Notes: a model not told the origin generated them from the sequence alone. Positions 43,084 through 54,250 are shown, counted from the first letter of the stretch. The stretch: DNA of 64,000 nucleotides from Candidatus Latescibacterota bacterium (GCA_965219455.1 OZ244744.1:288001-352000); one strand, 5' to 3'. A program made the numbers and translations.

Positions 43084-46000
43084 TTACCCGCCCTGACCAT
43101 TCTCCAGGATCACGTCCAGACAGAGGCTCTGCAATTCCTTCACCAGCACGTTAAAGGATTCAGGAACCCCCGGTTCAGGTGGATTCTCACCCTTTACGAT
43201 CGCTTCGTAGATCTTTGAACGTCCTGCTACGTCATCGGACTTGACGGTCAGCATCTCCTGTAGCATATAGGCGGCACCGTAGGCCTCCAGCGCCCAAACC
43301 TCCATTTCGCCAAATCTCTGGCCGCCGAATTGTGCCTTGCCGCCAAGGGGCTGCTGCGTAACCAGCGAATAGGGTCCGATGGATCGGGCATGGATCTTAT
43401 CGCTGACCAGATGCGACAGCTTCAACATGTAGATGTACCCCACCATCACGTGTTTGTCGAACGGTCTTCCGGTTTTTCCGTCGTACAGCACGCTTTTGCC
43501 GGCTTCCGGCAGGCTTGCCTGGCGCAACGCCGACTTGATGTCCACCAACGTGGCGCCGTCGAAGACCGGCGTGGCGACATGAAGATCGAGCGCCTGCGCC
43601 GCCCATCCGAGGTGGGTTTCAAGAATCTGCCCCAGATTCATTCGGGAGGGCACACCCAGCGGGTTCAGGATAATATCGATCGGGGTGCCGTCGGGAAGAT
43701 ACGGCAGATCCTCTTCCGGTACGATTATTGAAACGACGCCTTTGTTGCCGTGGCGTCCGGCCATCTTGTCGCCGACCATCAGCTTGCGCTTTCGCGCGAT
43801 ATACACTTTGACAAGCTGTACAATTCCCGGCGGCAGTTCGTCGCCCCGCGCGATTTTTTCCAGTTCTCGCTCCAATTCGCCTTCCGCGGCGCGGATCAGT
43901 TTCTCTGACAGTTCGATGATGCGTTCGACCTTGTGGTTGGTCCCGGCATCGTCGACCCAGGATTCGTCCGGCCGCACGACATCGAGGTCGAGCTCTACAG
44001 CCAGATTCTGATCGAATACCCTTCCTGGCCGTGCCACTACCGAACTATCTTCGGTATGCCGCAACAGATTTACCTTTTTGTCCCGCAGCAGTTCCGCAAC
44101 CTGTTCGTCCCGGCTGGACTTTATCGCTTTGATTTTCTCCTGGATCTGATTCTTGACAGAGGCTGTTTTCTCTTTATCTGCCGTTCGTGTTTTTTCCCTG
44201 TCTTTTCGTGAAAAAACCTTCCGGTCCATGACAACCCCGTCCATTCCGGACGGCGCCTTCAAAGAAGCATCTCTGACGTCTCCCGCTTTCTCGCCGAAAA
44301 TCGCCCGCAGGAGGCGCTCTTCGGGCGAGAGTTCGGTTTCTCCTTTGGGCGTCACTTTACCCACGAGAATATCTCCGGACGTCACCTCCGCGCCAGCCCG
44401 AACGATGCCCTGTTCATCCAGGTTGCGAACCGCCTGTTCGCTGACATTCGGAATTTCCCGGGTTATCTCCTCCACCCCTCGCTTGGTGTCCCGCACCTGG
44501 AGCTCGAATTCCTCTATGGAGATCGACGTGAAGATATCTTTCTTCAACAGCCGCTCAGACACAATGATCGCATCTTCGAAATTGTACCCGTTCCACGACA
44601 TGAACGCACAGAGAACGTTGGCTCCAAGCGCAAGGTCCCCGCGGTCCGTGGCGCAACCATCGGCCAACAGGTCTCCGGCTTCAACCTTATCGCCGACCTG
44701 CACGAGCGGCTTCTGGCTGATGCAGAAATCCTGGTTCGACCGTTTGAATTTGGTGAGCCGGTAGACATCCTCGTCGAACAGATCGATCATCTCGACGTCG
44801 CGGCCCTTGCGCCGTTTGATCACAATCTTGTCCGCGCTTACGTAGGTGACCGTCCCTGGGCTCCTCGCCGTTACGACCGCCTTGGAATCCACGGCGACCG
44901 CATGTTCCATTCCGGTTCCCACGAACGGCGCCTCCGTCCGGAGAAGCGGCACGGCCTGCCGTTGCATATTCGAGCCCATCAGCGCGCGGTTGGCATCGTC
45001 GTGCTCCAGAAACGGAATCAGGGACGCCGCCGTACTGACCAGCTGACAGGGAGAAACATCCATATAATCCACTTCCGAAGGCGCCACAACCGGAAAGTCG
45101 CCTCGCCGCCGGGCCTGGACCTCGGAATCCTGGAATAGCCCGTCGGCGTCGAGGATTGCATTGGCCTGGGCGATGGTGTGTTTGTCTTCCTCGTCCGCGG
45201 AAAGATACCGGATCTCGGAAGTAACCCTTCCTTCTTTCACAACTCTGTAGGGTGTTTCCAGAAATCCAAGAGCGTTTATCTTGGCGTAGGTGGAAATATT
45301 GGCGATGAGGCCAATATTGGGACCTTCCGGCGTCTCGATGGGACAAATTCGCCCGTAGTGGGTATGGTGAACGTCGCGCACCTCAAATCCGGCCCTGTCG
45401 CGTGTCAAACCGCCGGGGCCCAGAGCCGACAGACGTCGCTTATGGGACAGTTCGTCCAGCGGGTTGGTCTGCTGCAGGAACTGGGAAAGTTGGCTGCTGC
45501 CGAAGAAGGCCTGAACCACCGTTGATACCGTCCGGGCATTGACCAGGTCCTGTGGCGTAATCTGCTCCGTATCCCTGAGGCTCATCCGCTCTCTGATCGT
45601 CCGGGCCATTCGGACCAGACCGGTGGAAAAGTGATAGGACAGGAGTTCGCCCACGGTACGGATGCGTCTATTGCCCAGATGGTCGATGTCGTCCGTATAG
45701 CCTTCGCCTTTGAAGAGGACCAGCAGATATTGGATGACCTTGTTAAAATCCTCGATGCACAGGGTGGTAAATTCCAGGGGAATGTTGAGATTCAAGCGCT
45801 GATTCAAGCGGTAACGTCCGACCTCGCCCAACTGATAACGCTTGGGACTGAAAAACTGGCGCTCGAGAAGGCCGCGGGCCGTCTCAAGATTTGGCGGATC
45901 ACCGGGGCGCAGCAGATTGTAGATTCGCGAGAGCGCCTCTTCTTCGTTGTCGCAAGGATCTTTCAGAAGGGTATTGGCGATCACCCCGCCATCGTTCTCG

Positions 46001-46860
46001 GCATTCACGTCGAGTACGGTCAGCCGGTTGACTTTTGCATCTTTCAGCGCCTGCAAGTGTTCGTCCGTGACCGTCTGATGGGTTTCGACAATGACTTCGC
46101 CGGTTCCCTTGTCGACGACGTCCTCCATTGCGACGGCGCCGACCAGTTCTTCGTTGACCCTCGCCGTCGTGTTCTCGTGAAAAAGGCTTAGAATCTCTTC
46201 GCTCCGGCTGAAACCCAGCGCGCGCAAAAACGTGGTAAACGGCAGCTTCCGTTTCCTGTCTATATGCACGTACATGATGTCGTTTATGTCCAGGCTGAAC
46301 TCCAGCCAGGCGCCTTTGTACGGAATGATCCGGGCGGAAAAGAGCCGCTTTCCATTGGGGTGAATGGTTTCGTCGAAAAAGACACCGGGAGACCTGTGCA
46401 GCTGGCTTACAATCACCCTCTCGGAACCGTTGACAATAAACGTGCCTTCATCCGTCATCAACGGCAGTTCACCCAGGAATACCGTCTGTTCAACGATATC
46501 CTTGATCCGAAACTCTTTGTTGTCCTGCTTTTCACGGGAAATCAATCTCAACGTGGCGCGCAGAGGAACCGCGTAGGTTGTTCCGCGCTCCAGGCATTCA
46601 CCTTCGTCGTACTTGGGTGTGCCAATAGAATAGTCGACAAACTCGAGTGAAAAAAGCCTGTGAACGTCGCTGATTGGAAAGATGCTATGGAAAACCGCCT
46701 GGAGGCCCTGTTTTCCACGTTCGCCAGGCGGTACATCCTTTTGCAAGAACCAGTTGTAAGAATCAATCTGGATGTCCAGAAGATTCGGCATTTCGATGGC
46801 TGAAGCAATCTTTCCATAAGACTTCCTGTCTATAAGTCCATTTTTCGCCAAGATGATCAC
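43084..46860 (-). CDS. rpoB: RNA polymerase subunit beta
   Basis: [41 protein letters not shown]. Confidence 0.99.
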   Translation of the reverse strand: MIILAKNGLIDRKSYGKIASAIEMPNLLDIQIDSYNWFLQKDVPPGERGKQGLQAVFHSIFPISDVHRLFSLEFVDYSIGTPKYDEGECLERGTTYAVPLRATLRLISREKQDNKEFRIKDIVEQTVFLGELPLMTDEGTFIVNGSERVIVSQLHRSPGVFFDETIHPNGKRLFSARIIPYKGAWLEFSLDINDIMYVHIDRKRKLPFTTFLRALGFSRSEEILSLFHENTTARVNEELVGAVAMEDVVDKGTGEVIVETHQTVTDEHLQALKDAKVNRLTVLDVNAENDGGVIANTLLKDPCDNEEEALSRIYNLLRPGDPPNLETARGLLERQFFSPKRYQLGEVGRYRLNQRLNLNIPLEFTTLCIEDFNKVIQYLLVLFKGEGYTDDIDHLGNRRIRTVGELLSYHFSTGLVRMARTIRERMSLRDTEQITPQDLVNARTVSTVVQAFFGSSQLSQFLQQTNPLDELSHKRRLSALGPGGLTRDRAGFEVRDVHHTHYGRICPIETPEGPNIGLIANISTYAKINALGFLETPYRVVKEGRVTSEIRYLSADEEDKHTIAQANAILDADGLFQDSEVQARRRGDFPVVAPSEVDYMDVSPCQLVSTAASLIPFLEHDDANRALMGSNMQRQAVPLLRTEAPFVGTGMEHAVAVDSKAVVTARSPGTVTYVSADKIVIKRRKGRDVEMIDLFDEDVYRLTKFKRSNQDFCISQKPLVQVGDKVEAGDLLADGCATDRGDLALGANVLCAFMSWNGYNFEDAIIVSERLLKKDIFTSISIEEFELQVRDTKRGVEEITREIPNVSEQAVRNLDEQGIVRAGAEVTSGDILVGKVTPKGETELSPEERLLRAIFGEKAGDVRDASLKAPSGMDGVVMDRKVFSRKDREKTRTADKEKTASVKNQIQEKIKAIKSSRDEQVAELLRDKKVNLLRHTEDSSVVARPGRVFDQNLAVELDLDVVRPDESWVDDAGTNHKVERIIELSEKLIRAAEGELERELEKIARGDELPPGIVQLVKVYIARKRKLMVGDKMAGRHGNKGVVSIIVPEEDLPYLPDGTPIDIILNPLGVPSRMNLGQILETHLGWAAQALDLHVATPVFDGATLVDIKSALRQASLPEAGKSVLYDGKTGRPFDKHVMVGYIYMLKLSHLVSDKIHARSIGPYSLVTQQPLGGKAQFGGQRFGEMEVWALEAYGAAYMLQEMLTVKSDDVAGRSKIYEAIVKGENPPEPGVPESFNVLVKELQSLCLDVILENGQGG

Positions 46861-46914
46861 GCTCCTCTGGTGAAATCGACCATTGATTGGAGGCAGGAAT
46901 GCAGTGCAGTACGG

Positions 46915-47295
46915 TTATTTGATCTCAACCACGGCTCCAACCTCCTCCAATTCGGCTTTGATCTGGTCGGCCTCCTCCTTGGAGACGCCCTCCTTCACGC
47001 TGCGAGGCGCACCATCGACGAGTTCCTTGGCCTCTTTCAAGCCCAGGCTCGTGACGCTGCGTACAACTTTAATGACCTGAATCTTCTTGTCCCCGATGGC
47101 ATTCAACACCACGTCGAATTCTGTTTGCGCTTCTTCCTCGGCCTCGCCGTCGGCGCCGACACCGACGCCGACCGCCGGCGCGGCGACCATCGCCTGGGCG
47201 CTCACGCCAAATTTTTCTTCGAGCGCTTTGACCAGTTCGGCCAGTTCCAGAACGGAAAGCTTCTCGATCTCATCGATAATGTCTGCTATTGCCAT
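46915..47295 (-). CDS. rplL: 50S ribosomal protein L7/L12
   Basis: [25 protein letters not shown]. Confidence 0.98.
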   Translation of the reverse strand: MAIADIIDEIEKLSVLELAELVKALEEKFGVSAQAMVAAPAVGVGVGADGEAEEEAQTEFDVVLNAIGDKKIQVIKVVRSVTSLGLKEAKELVDGAPRSVKEGVSKEEADQIKAELEEVGAVVEIK

Positions 47296-47354
47296 GGATG
47301 TCCTCCATACGTCTTATCCTGATGATTGACACGGTTTAAGATGCTCCGGCGCGT

Positions 47355-47891
47355 CTAATTTTCCACTCCGGTTTCACCTTTCTTTTTTGCAATTTCGTTC
47401 AGAACCAGAACCAGATTTTGAAGCAGGCCCCCCAGACAGAATACCAGACCACTCAACGGGCTCTGAACCGAGGAGACCACCTGCCCCAAAAGCACTTCTC
47501 TCGGTGGAAGTTGGGCAAGTGCCTCCACCTGATCCTCTTTGAAGACCCGTCCGTCTGCAAAGCCGCCCTTGACCTTCGGCAGGCCGTTGGCCTGGGCCGC
47601 AAATTCGTGAAGCAGCCTCACCGCCGCGATCGGATCGGTCTCGGAACTCGCCAGCCCGGTTGGCCCCTGCAATACCTCTTCCAGTCCATGAATCCCTACA
47701 TTTTTTACTGCGATCAACGCCAGACGATTCTTGATGACCCGATAGGTTATGTCCTCGTCACGCAGCAGTTTTCGCAGCCGGGTGACATCAGGGACATCGA
47801 GACCCGTAAAATCGGCAAGATAGAATCCCTGGGACCTCTTCATCAGACGGGTCAACTCTTCGACTGCGCTGATTTTCCCAGCCGTTGGCAT
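47355..47891 (-). CDS. rplJ: 50S ribosomal protein L10
   Basis: [25 protein letters not shown]; position between rplA and rplL. Confidence 0.96.
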   Translation of the reverse strand: MPTAGKISAVEELTRLMKRSQGFYLADFTGLDVPDVTRLRKLLRDEDITYRVIKNRLALIAVKNVGIHGLEEVLQGPTGLASSETDPIAAVRLLHEFAAQANGLPKVKGGFADGRVFKEDQVEALAQLPPREVLLGQVVSSVQSPLSGLVFCLGGLLQNLVLVLNEIAKKKGETGVEN

Positions 47892-47922
47892 TTTTTCCCT
47901 TCCGTTGCGCGGATTCTCTCCG

Positions 47923-48621
47923 TCAGTTCGTCACGCTGGACCGATCGATCCGTACACCCGGGCCAATGGTGGTCGCCAGAGTGACCGACCGGACATATTG
48001 CCCCTTTGCAGATGAAGGACGCGCGCGTAAAATTGTATCGAAAAGTGTTCGGGCATTCTCAACCAATCGGTCTTCATCAAACGAAATCCTGCCCACGGGC
48101 GCGTTGACGTTCCCGTTCCGGTCTACGCGATACTCCACGCGACCCGCCTTGGCCTCCGCCACCGCGCGCGCCACGTCCGGGGTAACGGTACCGCTCTTGG
48201 GATTGGGCATCAGACCTCTGGGGCCGAGTATCCTTCCCAAACGCCCGACAACGCGCATCATGTCAGGTGACGCGATGGCCACGTCAAAATCGGTCCATCC
48301 ACCGTTGATTCGTTCGGCCAGATCGTCGGCTCCTACAAGATCCGCCCCGGCCGTTTCGGCCGCCGCTGCCTGTTCACCCTTGGCGAACACGACCACGTGA
48401 ATCGTCTTTCCCAGCCCGTGCGGCAACATCACCGTACCTCGGACCTGCTGATCGGCCTGGCGCGGGTCCAGTCCCAGACGCACGGCCATTTCAACCGTCT
48501 GATCGAATTTCGGAGCCGGCATGTCTTTCAACAGCGTTATCGCATCTTCAATCGAATATTGCGCGCGTCGATCAATCTTAGAGAGCGCCGCCTTGTAACG
48601 CTTCCCGTTGCGCCTCGCCAT
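47923..48621 (-). CDS. rplA: 50S ribosomal protein L1
   Basis: [35 protein letters not shown]. Confidence 0.98.
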   Translation of the reverse strand: MARRNGKRYKAALSKIDRRAQYSIEDAITLLKDMPAPKFDQTVEMAVRLGLDPRQADQQVRGTVMLPHGLGKTIHVVVFAKGEQAAAAETAGADLVGADDLAERINGGWTDFDVAIASPDMMRVVGRLGRILGPRGLMPNPKSGTVTPDVARAVAEAKAGRVEYRVDRNGNVNAPVGRISFDEDRLVENARTLFDTILRARPSSAKGQYVRSVTLATTIGPGVRIDRSSVTN

Positions 48622-48634
48622 AATGATGGTCCTC

Positions 48635-49060
48635 CTAGTCCTCGACAGTAATGCCTGCGCTGCGCGCCGTTCCTTCGATCATGCGTACGGCGGATTCCAG
48701 GCTGCTTGCATTCAGATCTTCCATCTTCATCTCGGCGATCTCCCGAACCTGATCACGCTTGACACTGCCGACTTTGGTTCGATTGGATTCGGGCGATGCC
48801 TTTTCCAACCCTGCGGCCCGTTTCAGCAATACCGCAGCGGGCGGGCTTTTCGTTATGAAGGAGAAACTACGATCCGCAAACACGGTAATTACCGCGGGAA
48901 CAATCAAGCCCAGCTTATCTTTGGTCTGTGCGTTGAACGCCTGACAGAACTCCATTATATTGACCCCGTGCTGGCCAAGCGCCGGTCCGACCGGCGGCGT
49001 AGGGGACGCCTGGCCCGCCGGAATCTGCAGTTTAATGATTGTCATTACTTTCTTCGCCAT
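48635..49060 (-). CDS. rplK: 50S ribosomal protein L11
   Basis: [30 protein letters not shown]. Confidence 0.98.
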   Translation of the reverse strand: MAKKVMTIIKLQIPAGQASPTPPVGPALGQHGVNIMEFCQAFNAQTKDKLGLIVPAVITVFADRSFSFITKSPPAAVLLKRAAGLEKASPESNRTKVGSVKRDQVREIAEMKMEDLNASSLESAVRMIEGTARSAGITVED

Positions 49061-49064
49061 TGCG

Positions 49065-49604
49065 CTACCCTTCCACGGCCTCTTCGACCTGCAGGACATC
49101 CAATTCCACAGGCGTGTTCCTGCCGAAAATACTCACCATCACCTTGATCTTTCTCTTCTCGGGATTCACGACGTCGACCATACCGACAAATTCGCTGAAG
49201 GGACCATCAATCACTTTGACCCGATCTCCGACCTGATAGGGTATTTCCTGATCGTCTTGAACCTGGCGCCGGTCCACGTGACCCAGCACGTGTTCCACCT
49301 CTTTTTCGTGAAGCGGCTGAGGGCGCTTCCCCGGCCCGACGAAGCTCGTAACGCCCGGCACGTTGGTTACAAAATGCATGGTCTCCTTATCCATTTCCAT
49401 TTCGACCAGAATGTAGCTGGGCAGGAATTTCCTGAAGGAGGTTGTCTTCCTTCCGTCCTTCATCTCGACAACCTCTTCGGTCGGAACAACGACCCGGTTG
49501 ATCCTGTCTGCAACCTCGGTGCCTTCCTTGGCGCTTTCGAGATAGGAACGCACCTTGTTTTCGTGTCCCGAATAGGTATGCACGACATACCAGCGCATTG
49601 CCAT
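49065..49604 (-). CDS. nusG: Transcription termination/antitermination factor NusG
   Basis: [33 protein letters not shown]. Confidence 0.98.
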   Translation of the reverse strand: MAMRWYVVHTYSGHENKVRSYLESAKEGTEVADRINRVVVPTEEVVEMKDGRKTTSFRKFLPSYILVEMEMDKETMHFVTNVPGVTSFVGPGKRPQPLHEKEVEHVLGHVDRRQVQDDQEIPYQVGDRVKVIDGPFSEFVGMVDVVNPEKRKIKVMVSIFGRNTPVELDVLQVEEAVEG

Positions 49605-49638
49605 GAGGCATCACTCTCTATTGAATAGACTGAGGCCG

Positions 49639-49824
49639 TCAACTCATTACAAACCTGCGAACCAGCGAAAGCACGAAGTCCACGGCAAAAATAAACACGG
49701 AAAGCGCCAGCGAAACAACCAGCACAATGGTTGTGGAAGCGATCAGCTCATCTCGGGTCGGCCAGGTCACCTTGCCCATTTCAAGCTGAACGTCTTTAAT
49801 GAACTGAGCCACTTTCGCGAACAT
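49639..49824 (-). CDS. secE: Preprotein translocase subunit SecE
   Basis: EMGKVTWPTRDEL followed by one TM helix; upstream of nusG. Confidence 0.95.
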   Translation of the reverse strand: MFAKVAQFIKDVQLEMGKVTWPTRDELIASTTIVLVVSLALSVFIFAVDFVLSLVRRFVMS

Positions 49825-49986
49825 CAGGGATTCCGCCAGGATAACGCCCCAACATCTGAAACAGCCCAAGAGTGGGCTTGCGCATGCCGAAATCGACGTA
49901 AGTTGCTGGGGATTCGTAAAAGAAACCCGGCTCCTGTAAAACCTGTGGAACTCAGGCGCGGGTCAGGTGTCTGTTTCGGAGGAAAA

Positions 49987-50062
49987 TGGCAGGGCAGGCA
50001 GGAATCGAACCCGCAACCACCGGTTTTGGAGACCGGTGCTCTACCAATTGAGCTACTGCCCT
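49987..50062 (-). tRNA. tRNA-Trp (CCA)
   Basis: AGGGCAGTAGCTCAATTGG...CCGGT CTCCAAA ACCGG...GGTTCGATTCC...GCCA, 76 nt. Confidence 0.97.
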
Positions 50063-50092
50063 AACCCCAAAATTTGCAGCGAATCCTGAAAC

Positions 50093-50245
50093 TCAGCGAG
50101 TCTCCCGGTGCAGGGTATGCTTACGGCAGAACCTGCAATATTTCTTGAATTCGACGCGATCCGGGTGCAAACGCCGATTCTTGTTCGTCGTATAGTTCCG
50201 ACGCGCGCACTCGGCGCAGGCCAATGTAATCAGATCTCTGGGCAT
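50093..50245 (-). CDS. rpmG: 50S ribosomal protein L33, Zn-binding type (not in ORF track)
   Basis: Hand-translated [50 protein letters not shown]. Confidence 0.97.
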   Translation of the reverse strand: MPRDLITLACAECARRNYTTNKNRRLHPDRVEFKKYCRFCRKHTLHRETR

Positions 50246-50267
50246 TGACGGTGATAGAATGTAATTT

Positions 50268-50343
50268 TGGAGCCCACGACCGGACTCGAACCGGTGACCT
50301 CCTCCTTACCAAGGAGGTGCTCTACCGACTGAGCTACATGGGC
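50268..50343 (-). tRNA. tRNA-Thr (GGT)
   Basis: GCCCATGTAGCTCAG...CCTCC TTGGTAA GGAGG...GGTTCGAGTCC...TCCA. Confidence 0.97.
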
Positions 50344-50397
50344 CCTGTACCCTGTCTGCACGACAGAAAGGGGCTGATTACACAGCCCGTAGGAAAT

Positions 50398-50474
50398 TGG
50401 AGCGGGAAACGGGACTCGAACCCGCGACATTCAGCTTGGAAGGCTGACGCTCTAGCCAACTGAGCTATTCCCGC
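50398..50474 (-). tRNA. tRNA-Gly (TCC)
   Basis: GCGGGAATAGCTCAG...TCAGC CTTCCAA GCTGA...GGTTCGAGTCC...TCCA. Confidence 0.97.
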
Positions 50475-50545
50475 AGATAACAAAAACGACTCTTTAATGG
50501 GCCGGGCATTCAAACAGGCCATCCACAAACGTATCCAGACTTAGG

Positions 50546-50574
50546 AAGTTATAATATACATGTATCGATGTCAA
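50546..50574 (-). promoter_or_regulatory. Putative sigma70 promoter upstream of tRNA-Gly/Thr-rpmG-secE-nusG
   Basis: TTGACA-N17-TAACTT with AT-rich upstream (UP-like) sequence. Confidence 0.65.
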
Positions 50575-50725
50575 GAATTTTTATAAAAAACAACGTTCGC
50601 AAACTCAAGAAAAACATCCACATCTCCAGAACGACCGACCACGGGATGCGCGAGACTCGCCAGCAGACATCGGCGGATAAACTCCCTGACCTCGACTAAG
50701 GCCGGCAACGGAGTTCCATACAGAC

Positions 50726-50752
50726 GACAAAACCCCACCGGTTGAGGAGGGG
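50726..50752 (-). terminator. Possible terminator after tRNA-Tyr
   Basis: CCCCTCC-tcaacc-GGTGGGG followed by TTTTGT (one mismatch in the stem). Confidence 0.45.
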
Positions 50753-50768
50753 CGCATAGACCGTGGTA

Positions 50769-50854
50769 TGGTGGGGAGGGGCGGATTCGAACCACCGAAG
50801 GCGTCAGCCAACAGATTTACAGTCTGCCCCCGTTGACCGCTTGGGTACCTCCCC
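50769..50854 (-). tRNA. tRNA-Tyr (GTA)
   Basis: GGGGAGGTACCCAAGCGG...CAGA CTGTAAA TCTG, long variable arm, GGTTCGAATCC...ACCA, 86 nt. Confidence 0.97.
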
Positions 50855-50878
50855 ACACGTGATGAAATCGGAGCAGAA

Positions 50879-50907
50879 ATAATACAGGCCGGTACACGGA
50901 AAGTCAA
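50879..50907 (-). promoter_or_regulatory. Sigma70 promoter for tRNA-Tyr
   Basis: TTGACT-N17-TATTAT. Confidence 0.7.
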
Positions 50908-50929
50908 GCGGAAAAGTACGATTTGTCAA

Positions 50930-50958
50930 TTGACAAAACCGGTATGAATGCGTATTTT
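50930..50958 (+). promoter_or_regulatory. Sigma70 promoter for the sugar isomerase gene
   Basis: TTGACA-N17-TATTTT; the -35 lies inside a perfect 16-bp palindrome. Confidence 0.6.
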
Positions 50959-51122
50959 GCCCCCGCAATTCCACCCGTTCCGATGGCGCTCGGATATCCC
51001 GACGAACCTTTCTCGTGTCCGTGCAGGGGCTGGTGGGAATCTGCTTCCCATTCCCGTTTCCCAATCGCCCTCCACGCATTTAGAACCAGCAAATTCGCCA
51101 GGTTAAGAAAGGAGTCCCTGTT

Positions 51123-52037
51123 GTGACCGAACCCATTCAGAATTATGCTCGAATCGGCATCGTCCACTTTATGGCCTACAAATCCTGCATCGGCGGTGAA
51201 GGACCGATTCTTGAAACACTTGAAAAAATCGCGCTTGACCCCTATTTCCAAGCGGTGGAAGTCACCCACATGAAGGACGAGAAGGTGCTCGCGGAAGCCG
51301 CGGAATTGATCGAGACCGCCCATATGGACGTGGCGTTCGGCGCCCAACCCATTCTTCTTGGCGGCAAGTTGGACATTAACGCTGCCGACGAGGGCCACCG
51401 GCTCCACGCCGTGGACGCGGTCAAGGCCGGCATCGATCAGGCGGAAGCACTGGGGGCACCCGGGGTTGCACTGCTTTCGGGCACCGATCCCGGCGCCGAA
51501 GCCCGCGAGCGTGGCGTGGACCTGCTGGTCGACTCTCTATATCGCCTTTGCGACGACGCAGCAGCCAGGAACATGAGCGTGGTCCTGGAAACGTTCGACC
51601 GTCTGCCCTTTGGCAAGAATTGTCTCGTAGGCCCGAATGCTCTGGCGGTCGAAGTGTCTTCCAGGGTGAGGCGAGAATATCCCAACTTCGGATTAATGCT
51701 GGACCTGAGTCATTTTCCCCTACAGGGCGAAACGTCGGATTATGCACTGCGAATCGCTCGCGACCACCTGGTTCACGCCCATATCGGCAATTGTGTGATG
51801 CGAAATCCCGATCATCCGGCCTACGGAGACAACCACCCTCGCTTCGGTTGTGAAGACGGCGAGAACGACATACCGGAAGCCCTTGAATTCCTCAGCGAAC
51901 TGCTCGACATCGGATTCCTTGATCCGGAGAAACGCCCCATTCTCAGCTTCGAGGTCTCTCCAATGGATGGAGAATCACCCGAAATCGTCATCGCCAACGC
52001 AAAAAGGGTGCTCGACGCGGCATGGGCACAGGTATGA
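51123..52037 (+). CDS. Sugar phosphate isomerase/epimerase (xylose isomerase-like TIM barrel)
   Basis: VVLETFD, LMLDLSH, HAHIGN, SFEV metal-ligand pattern; AAGGAG RBS before GTG. Confidence 0.85.
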   Translation: MTEPIQNYARIGIVHFMAYKSCIGGEGPILETLEKIALDPYFQAVEVTHMKDEKVLAEAAELIETAHMDVAFGAQPILLGGKLDINAADEGHRLHAVDAVKAGIDQAEALGAPGVALLSGTDPGAEARERGVDLLVDSLYRLCDDAAARNMSVVLETFDRLPFGKNCLVGPNALAVEVSSRVRREYPNFGLMLDLSHFPLQGETSDYALRIARDHLVHAHIGNCVMRNPDHPAYGDNHPRFGCEDGENDIPEALEFLSELLDIGFLDPEKRPILSFEVSPMDGESPEIVIANAKRVLDAAWAQV

Positions 52038-52099
52038 TCTCAACCCGCATCTCCTTTTCAGGGAAATTCGGCCTCATCCAGTTTGTGAGACAGCCATCG

Positions 52100-52855
52100 C
52101 TAACGATTTGAACGCTCCGCGCCCCGGACCCCGATCAGCCACCCGAAAACCCAGGCGAACACAACCATCAGATAGAACGATCCGACCGAGACCACGATCA
52201 TGGCCACGGGCGGAACGGCAGCCAATATGATATTCGAAAGGAACAGGAGCCCGTAGAGAGCATAAAGCGCAAGACACGCCTGGGTATAACGCCCCCCTCG
52301 AACCACCCGCCGAATGTCCGACCAGATCGCTCCCGGATCGAAGGAAGCCCATACCTTTCGCTCTGCAGCAAACCTCCCAAATACGACGGGCAAGAGACCG
52401 TAAAGCATCATAGCGGCGCCAATGGCCAGCAACGTGACCGCGCTCAGCCGTGTCGGGTCTTCTCCTGGCGGAACCAGCCCCAGTACCGCCATCACGGCAA
52501 GTGTCCCGAGGCCGACAAGGAAAAAATACCCCAAAAATATAATCCCCAGTCGGACGCCAGCAACCGCATATTGCCTCCAGGCGCCCCACTCGGGCAATCG
52601 ACGGAATTCCAGACCGTTCAACGCATCGACAAACACACGATAGACGTAACCCCACGTCACCAGTGTCGGCACCACGAAGAAAACGACCGCCACGGGCGCC
52701 AGCATCATGGTTACTTTGCCCAAAGCCATAAACAAGGCAAGGAACGATGCCAGCGTCGGAAGCAACGACAGCAGACCACCGAGTAGAATCTTCTGCCGCC
52801 AGCGCTCATCCTGAAACGGCGCCCGCAGCGCGAATGCAAGAAACGGACCGAACAT
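52100..52855 (-). CDS. DUF4013-like integral membrane protein
   Basis: FALRAPFQDERW..KILLGG, WGYVYRV, LPEW..W..G pattern; multiple TM helices. Confidence 0.7.
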   Translation of the reverse strand: MFGPFLAFALRAPFQDERWRQKILLGGLLSLLPTLASFLALFMALGKVTMMLAPVAVVFFVVPTLVTWGYVYRVFVDALNGLEFRRLPEWGAWRQYAVAGVRLGIIFLGYFFLVGLGTLAVMAVLGLVPPGEDPTRLSAVTLLAIGAAMMLYGLLPVVFGRFAAERKVWASFDPGAIWSDIRRVVRGGRYTQACLALYALYGLLFLSNIILAAVPPVAMIVVSVGSFYLMVVFAWVFGWLIGVRGAERSNR

Positions 52856-52898
52856 ACATTTGGGAGAGCCGCGAACCGCGGCCTCACTCCTCTTTTCT

Positions 52899-54092
52899 TT
52901 AAACAGCCTCCAGAGCCTGTTCTACGTCGTCAATCAGGTCTTCCGCGTCCTCGATCCCAACGGAATAGCGTACCAATTCGTCACTGATCCCGATGGTGAC
53001 CCGGTCTTCCCGGGCCATTTCATAGTAGGAAATAGTAGACGGATGAGAGACGATACTCTCCACCCCACCCAGGCTCGCGCCGATACACGGAATCTCCAGG
53101 CGATCGAGAAAAGCCATGGTTCCGGCCAAATCCGCATCAAGATCGAAACTCGCCACGCCGCCGTAACCGTTCATCTGCTCCCGGGCAACCCGATGGTGCG
53201 GGTGGCTCTCCAGCCCGGGATAGTAAACCTGGCGCACCTTTCGGCTGCCCTCCAGAAACTGGGCAAGCGCCAGCGCCGTCTCGTTTTGACGCGCCATTCT
53301 CAAAGGAAATGTCTTGATTCCTCTGATTAAAAGATACGCGCAGTGGGGGTCGATCACCCCGCCCAGGATACCCCGATAATCCTTTATAGCCGATACCAGT
53401 GGCTCGGGGCCCAGAACCGCACCGGCGATAAGGTCGTTATGGCCACCCAGATACTTGGTTGCGCTGTGGATGACCAGGTCCACTCCGAATTCGAGGGGAC
53501 GCTGGTTGAACGGCGTGGCAAACGTACTGTCAATTACCACCTTCGCCCGGTTCGTTTTCGCGATGGCGACCACCTTTTCCAGATCCATCACATTCAGATG
53601 CGGGTTGGTCGGCGACTCCGCAATGACAACCCTCGTATTCTCCTGTATTGCCGACTCGAGCCTTTCATAGTCGCCAGCCGGGACAAAGGTCGTGGCGATT
53701 CCGAACTTTTTCAGAATCTGTTCGCAGAACTGTGCCGTCTTCCGATAACAGTCGTCGGTAATCACGGCGTGGTGACCTGTTGACAACATGCCGAGAAGCG
53801 TGGTGGTAACCGCGCTCATCCCTGATGAAAACAGCAGCGCCGAATCCGCTCCCTCAAGTTCGGCCAGTTTTCGTTCCGCAATCTGCTGCGTCGGGTTTCC
53901 ATAGCGCCCGTAATCTAGACGTGTAGAGCGCCCGGATACGAAGTCGTCCACCGCCTCTGTGTTCTCGAATACATAGGTCGACGTCTGTGCAATTGGAACC
54001 GTGAGGGAATGGCCCCAATGCCCCCCCTCTTCCCCGGCATGTACCGCGCGGGTAGAACTGCAAGCGCCATTCAGGGATGACTTCTTTTCCAT
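52899..54092 (-). CDS. metB: Cystathionine gamma-synthase (Cys/Met metabolism PLP enzyme, plant-like type)
   Basis: YGRYGNPT, SSGMSA, DCYRKT, ESPTNP, DSTFATP, HSATKYLGGHND, SLGGVES; GGAGG RBS; SAM riboswitch upstream. Confidence 0.85.
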   Translation of the reverse strand: MEKKSSLNGACSSTRAVHAGEEGGHWGHSLTVPIAQTSTYVFENTEAVDDFVSGRSTRLDYGRYGNPTQQIAERKLAELEGADSALLFSSGMSAVTTTLLGMLSTGHHAVITDDCYRKTAQFCEQILKKFGIATTFVPAGDYERLESAIQENTRVVIAESPTNPHLNVMDLEKVVAIAKTNRAKVVIDSTFATPFNQRPLEFGVDLVIHSATKYLGGHNDLIAGAVLGPEPLVSAIKDYRGILGGVIDPHCAYLLIRGIKTFPLRMARQNETALALAQFLEGSRKVRQVYYPGLESHPHHRVAREQMNGYGGVASFDLDADLAGTMAFLDRLEIPCIGASLGGVESIVSHPSTISYYEMAREDRVTIGISDELVRYSVGIEDAEDLIDDVEQALEAV

Positions 54093-54111
54093 CACATCCT
54101 CCGGTATCCAC

Positions 54112-54141
54112 AAAAAAAAATCTGAAGCCAAAAAGCTCCAG
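54112..54141 (-). terminator. Intrinsic terminator in the metB leader (riboswitch expression platform)
   Basis: CTGGAGC-tttttg-GCTTCAG followed by A and T9, ending 19 nt before the metB ATG. Confidence 0.8.
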
Positions 54142-54179
54142 AAAACCTGAATACGCAACCAACAATCACATTGGTGGTC

Positions 54180-54233
54180 AGCTTTTTAGCGATTTCTTTA
54201 TAGTGGCTGCAATATGCCTCAAATCACCACTAC
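54180..54233 (-). ncRNA. SAM-II (SAM-alpha) riboswitch aptamer
   Basis: GTAGTGGTGATTTG-AGGCATA-TTGCAGCCACTAT-AAAGAAATC-GCTAAAAAGCT matches the recalled SAM-II pattern GUGG-UGAUUU..UUGCAG-CCAC..UAAA..GCUAAA; sits upstream of a Met biosynthesis gene. Confidence 0.82.
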
Positions 54234-54250
54234 GCTGAATTTGTTCAATG

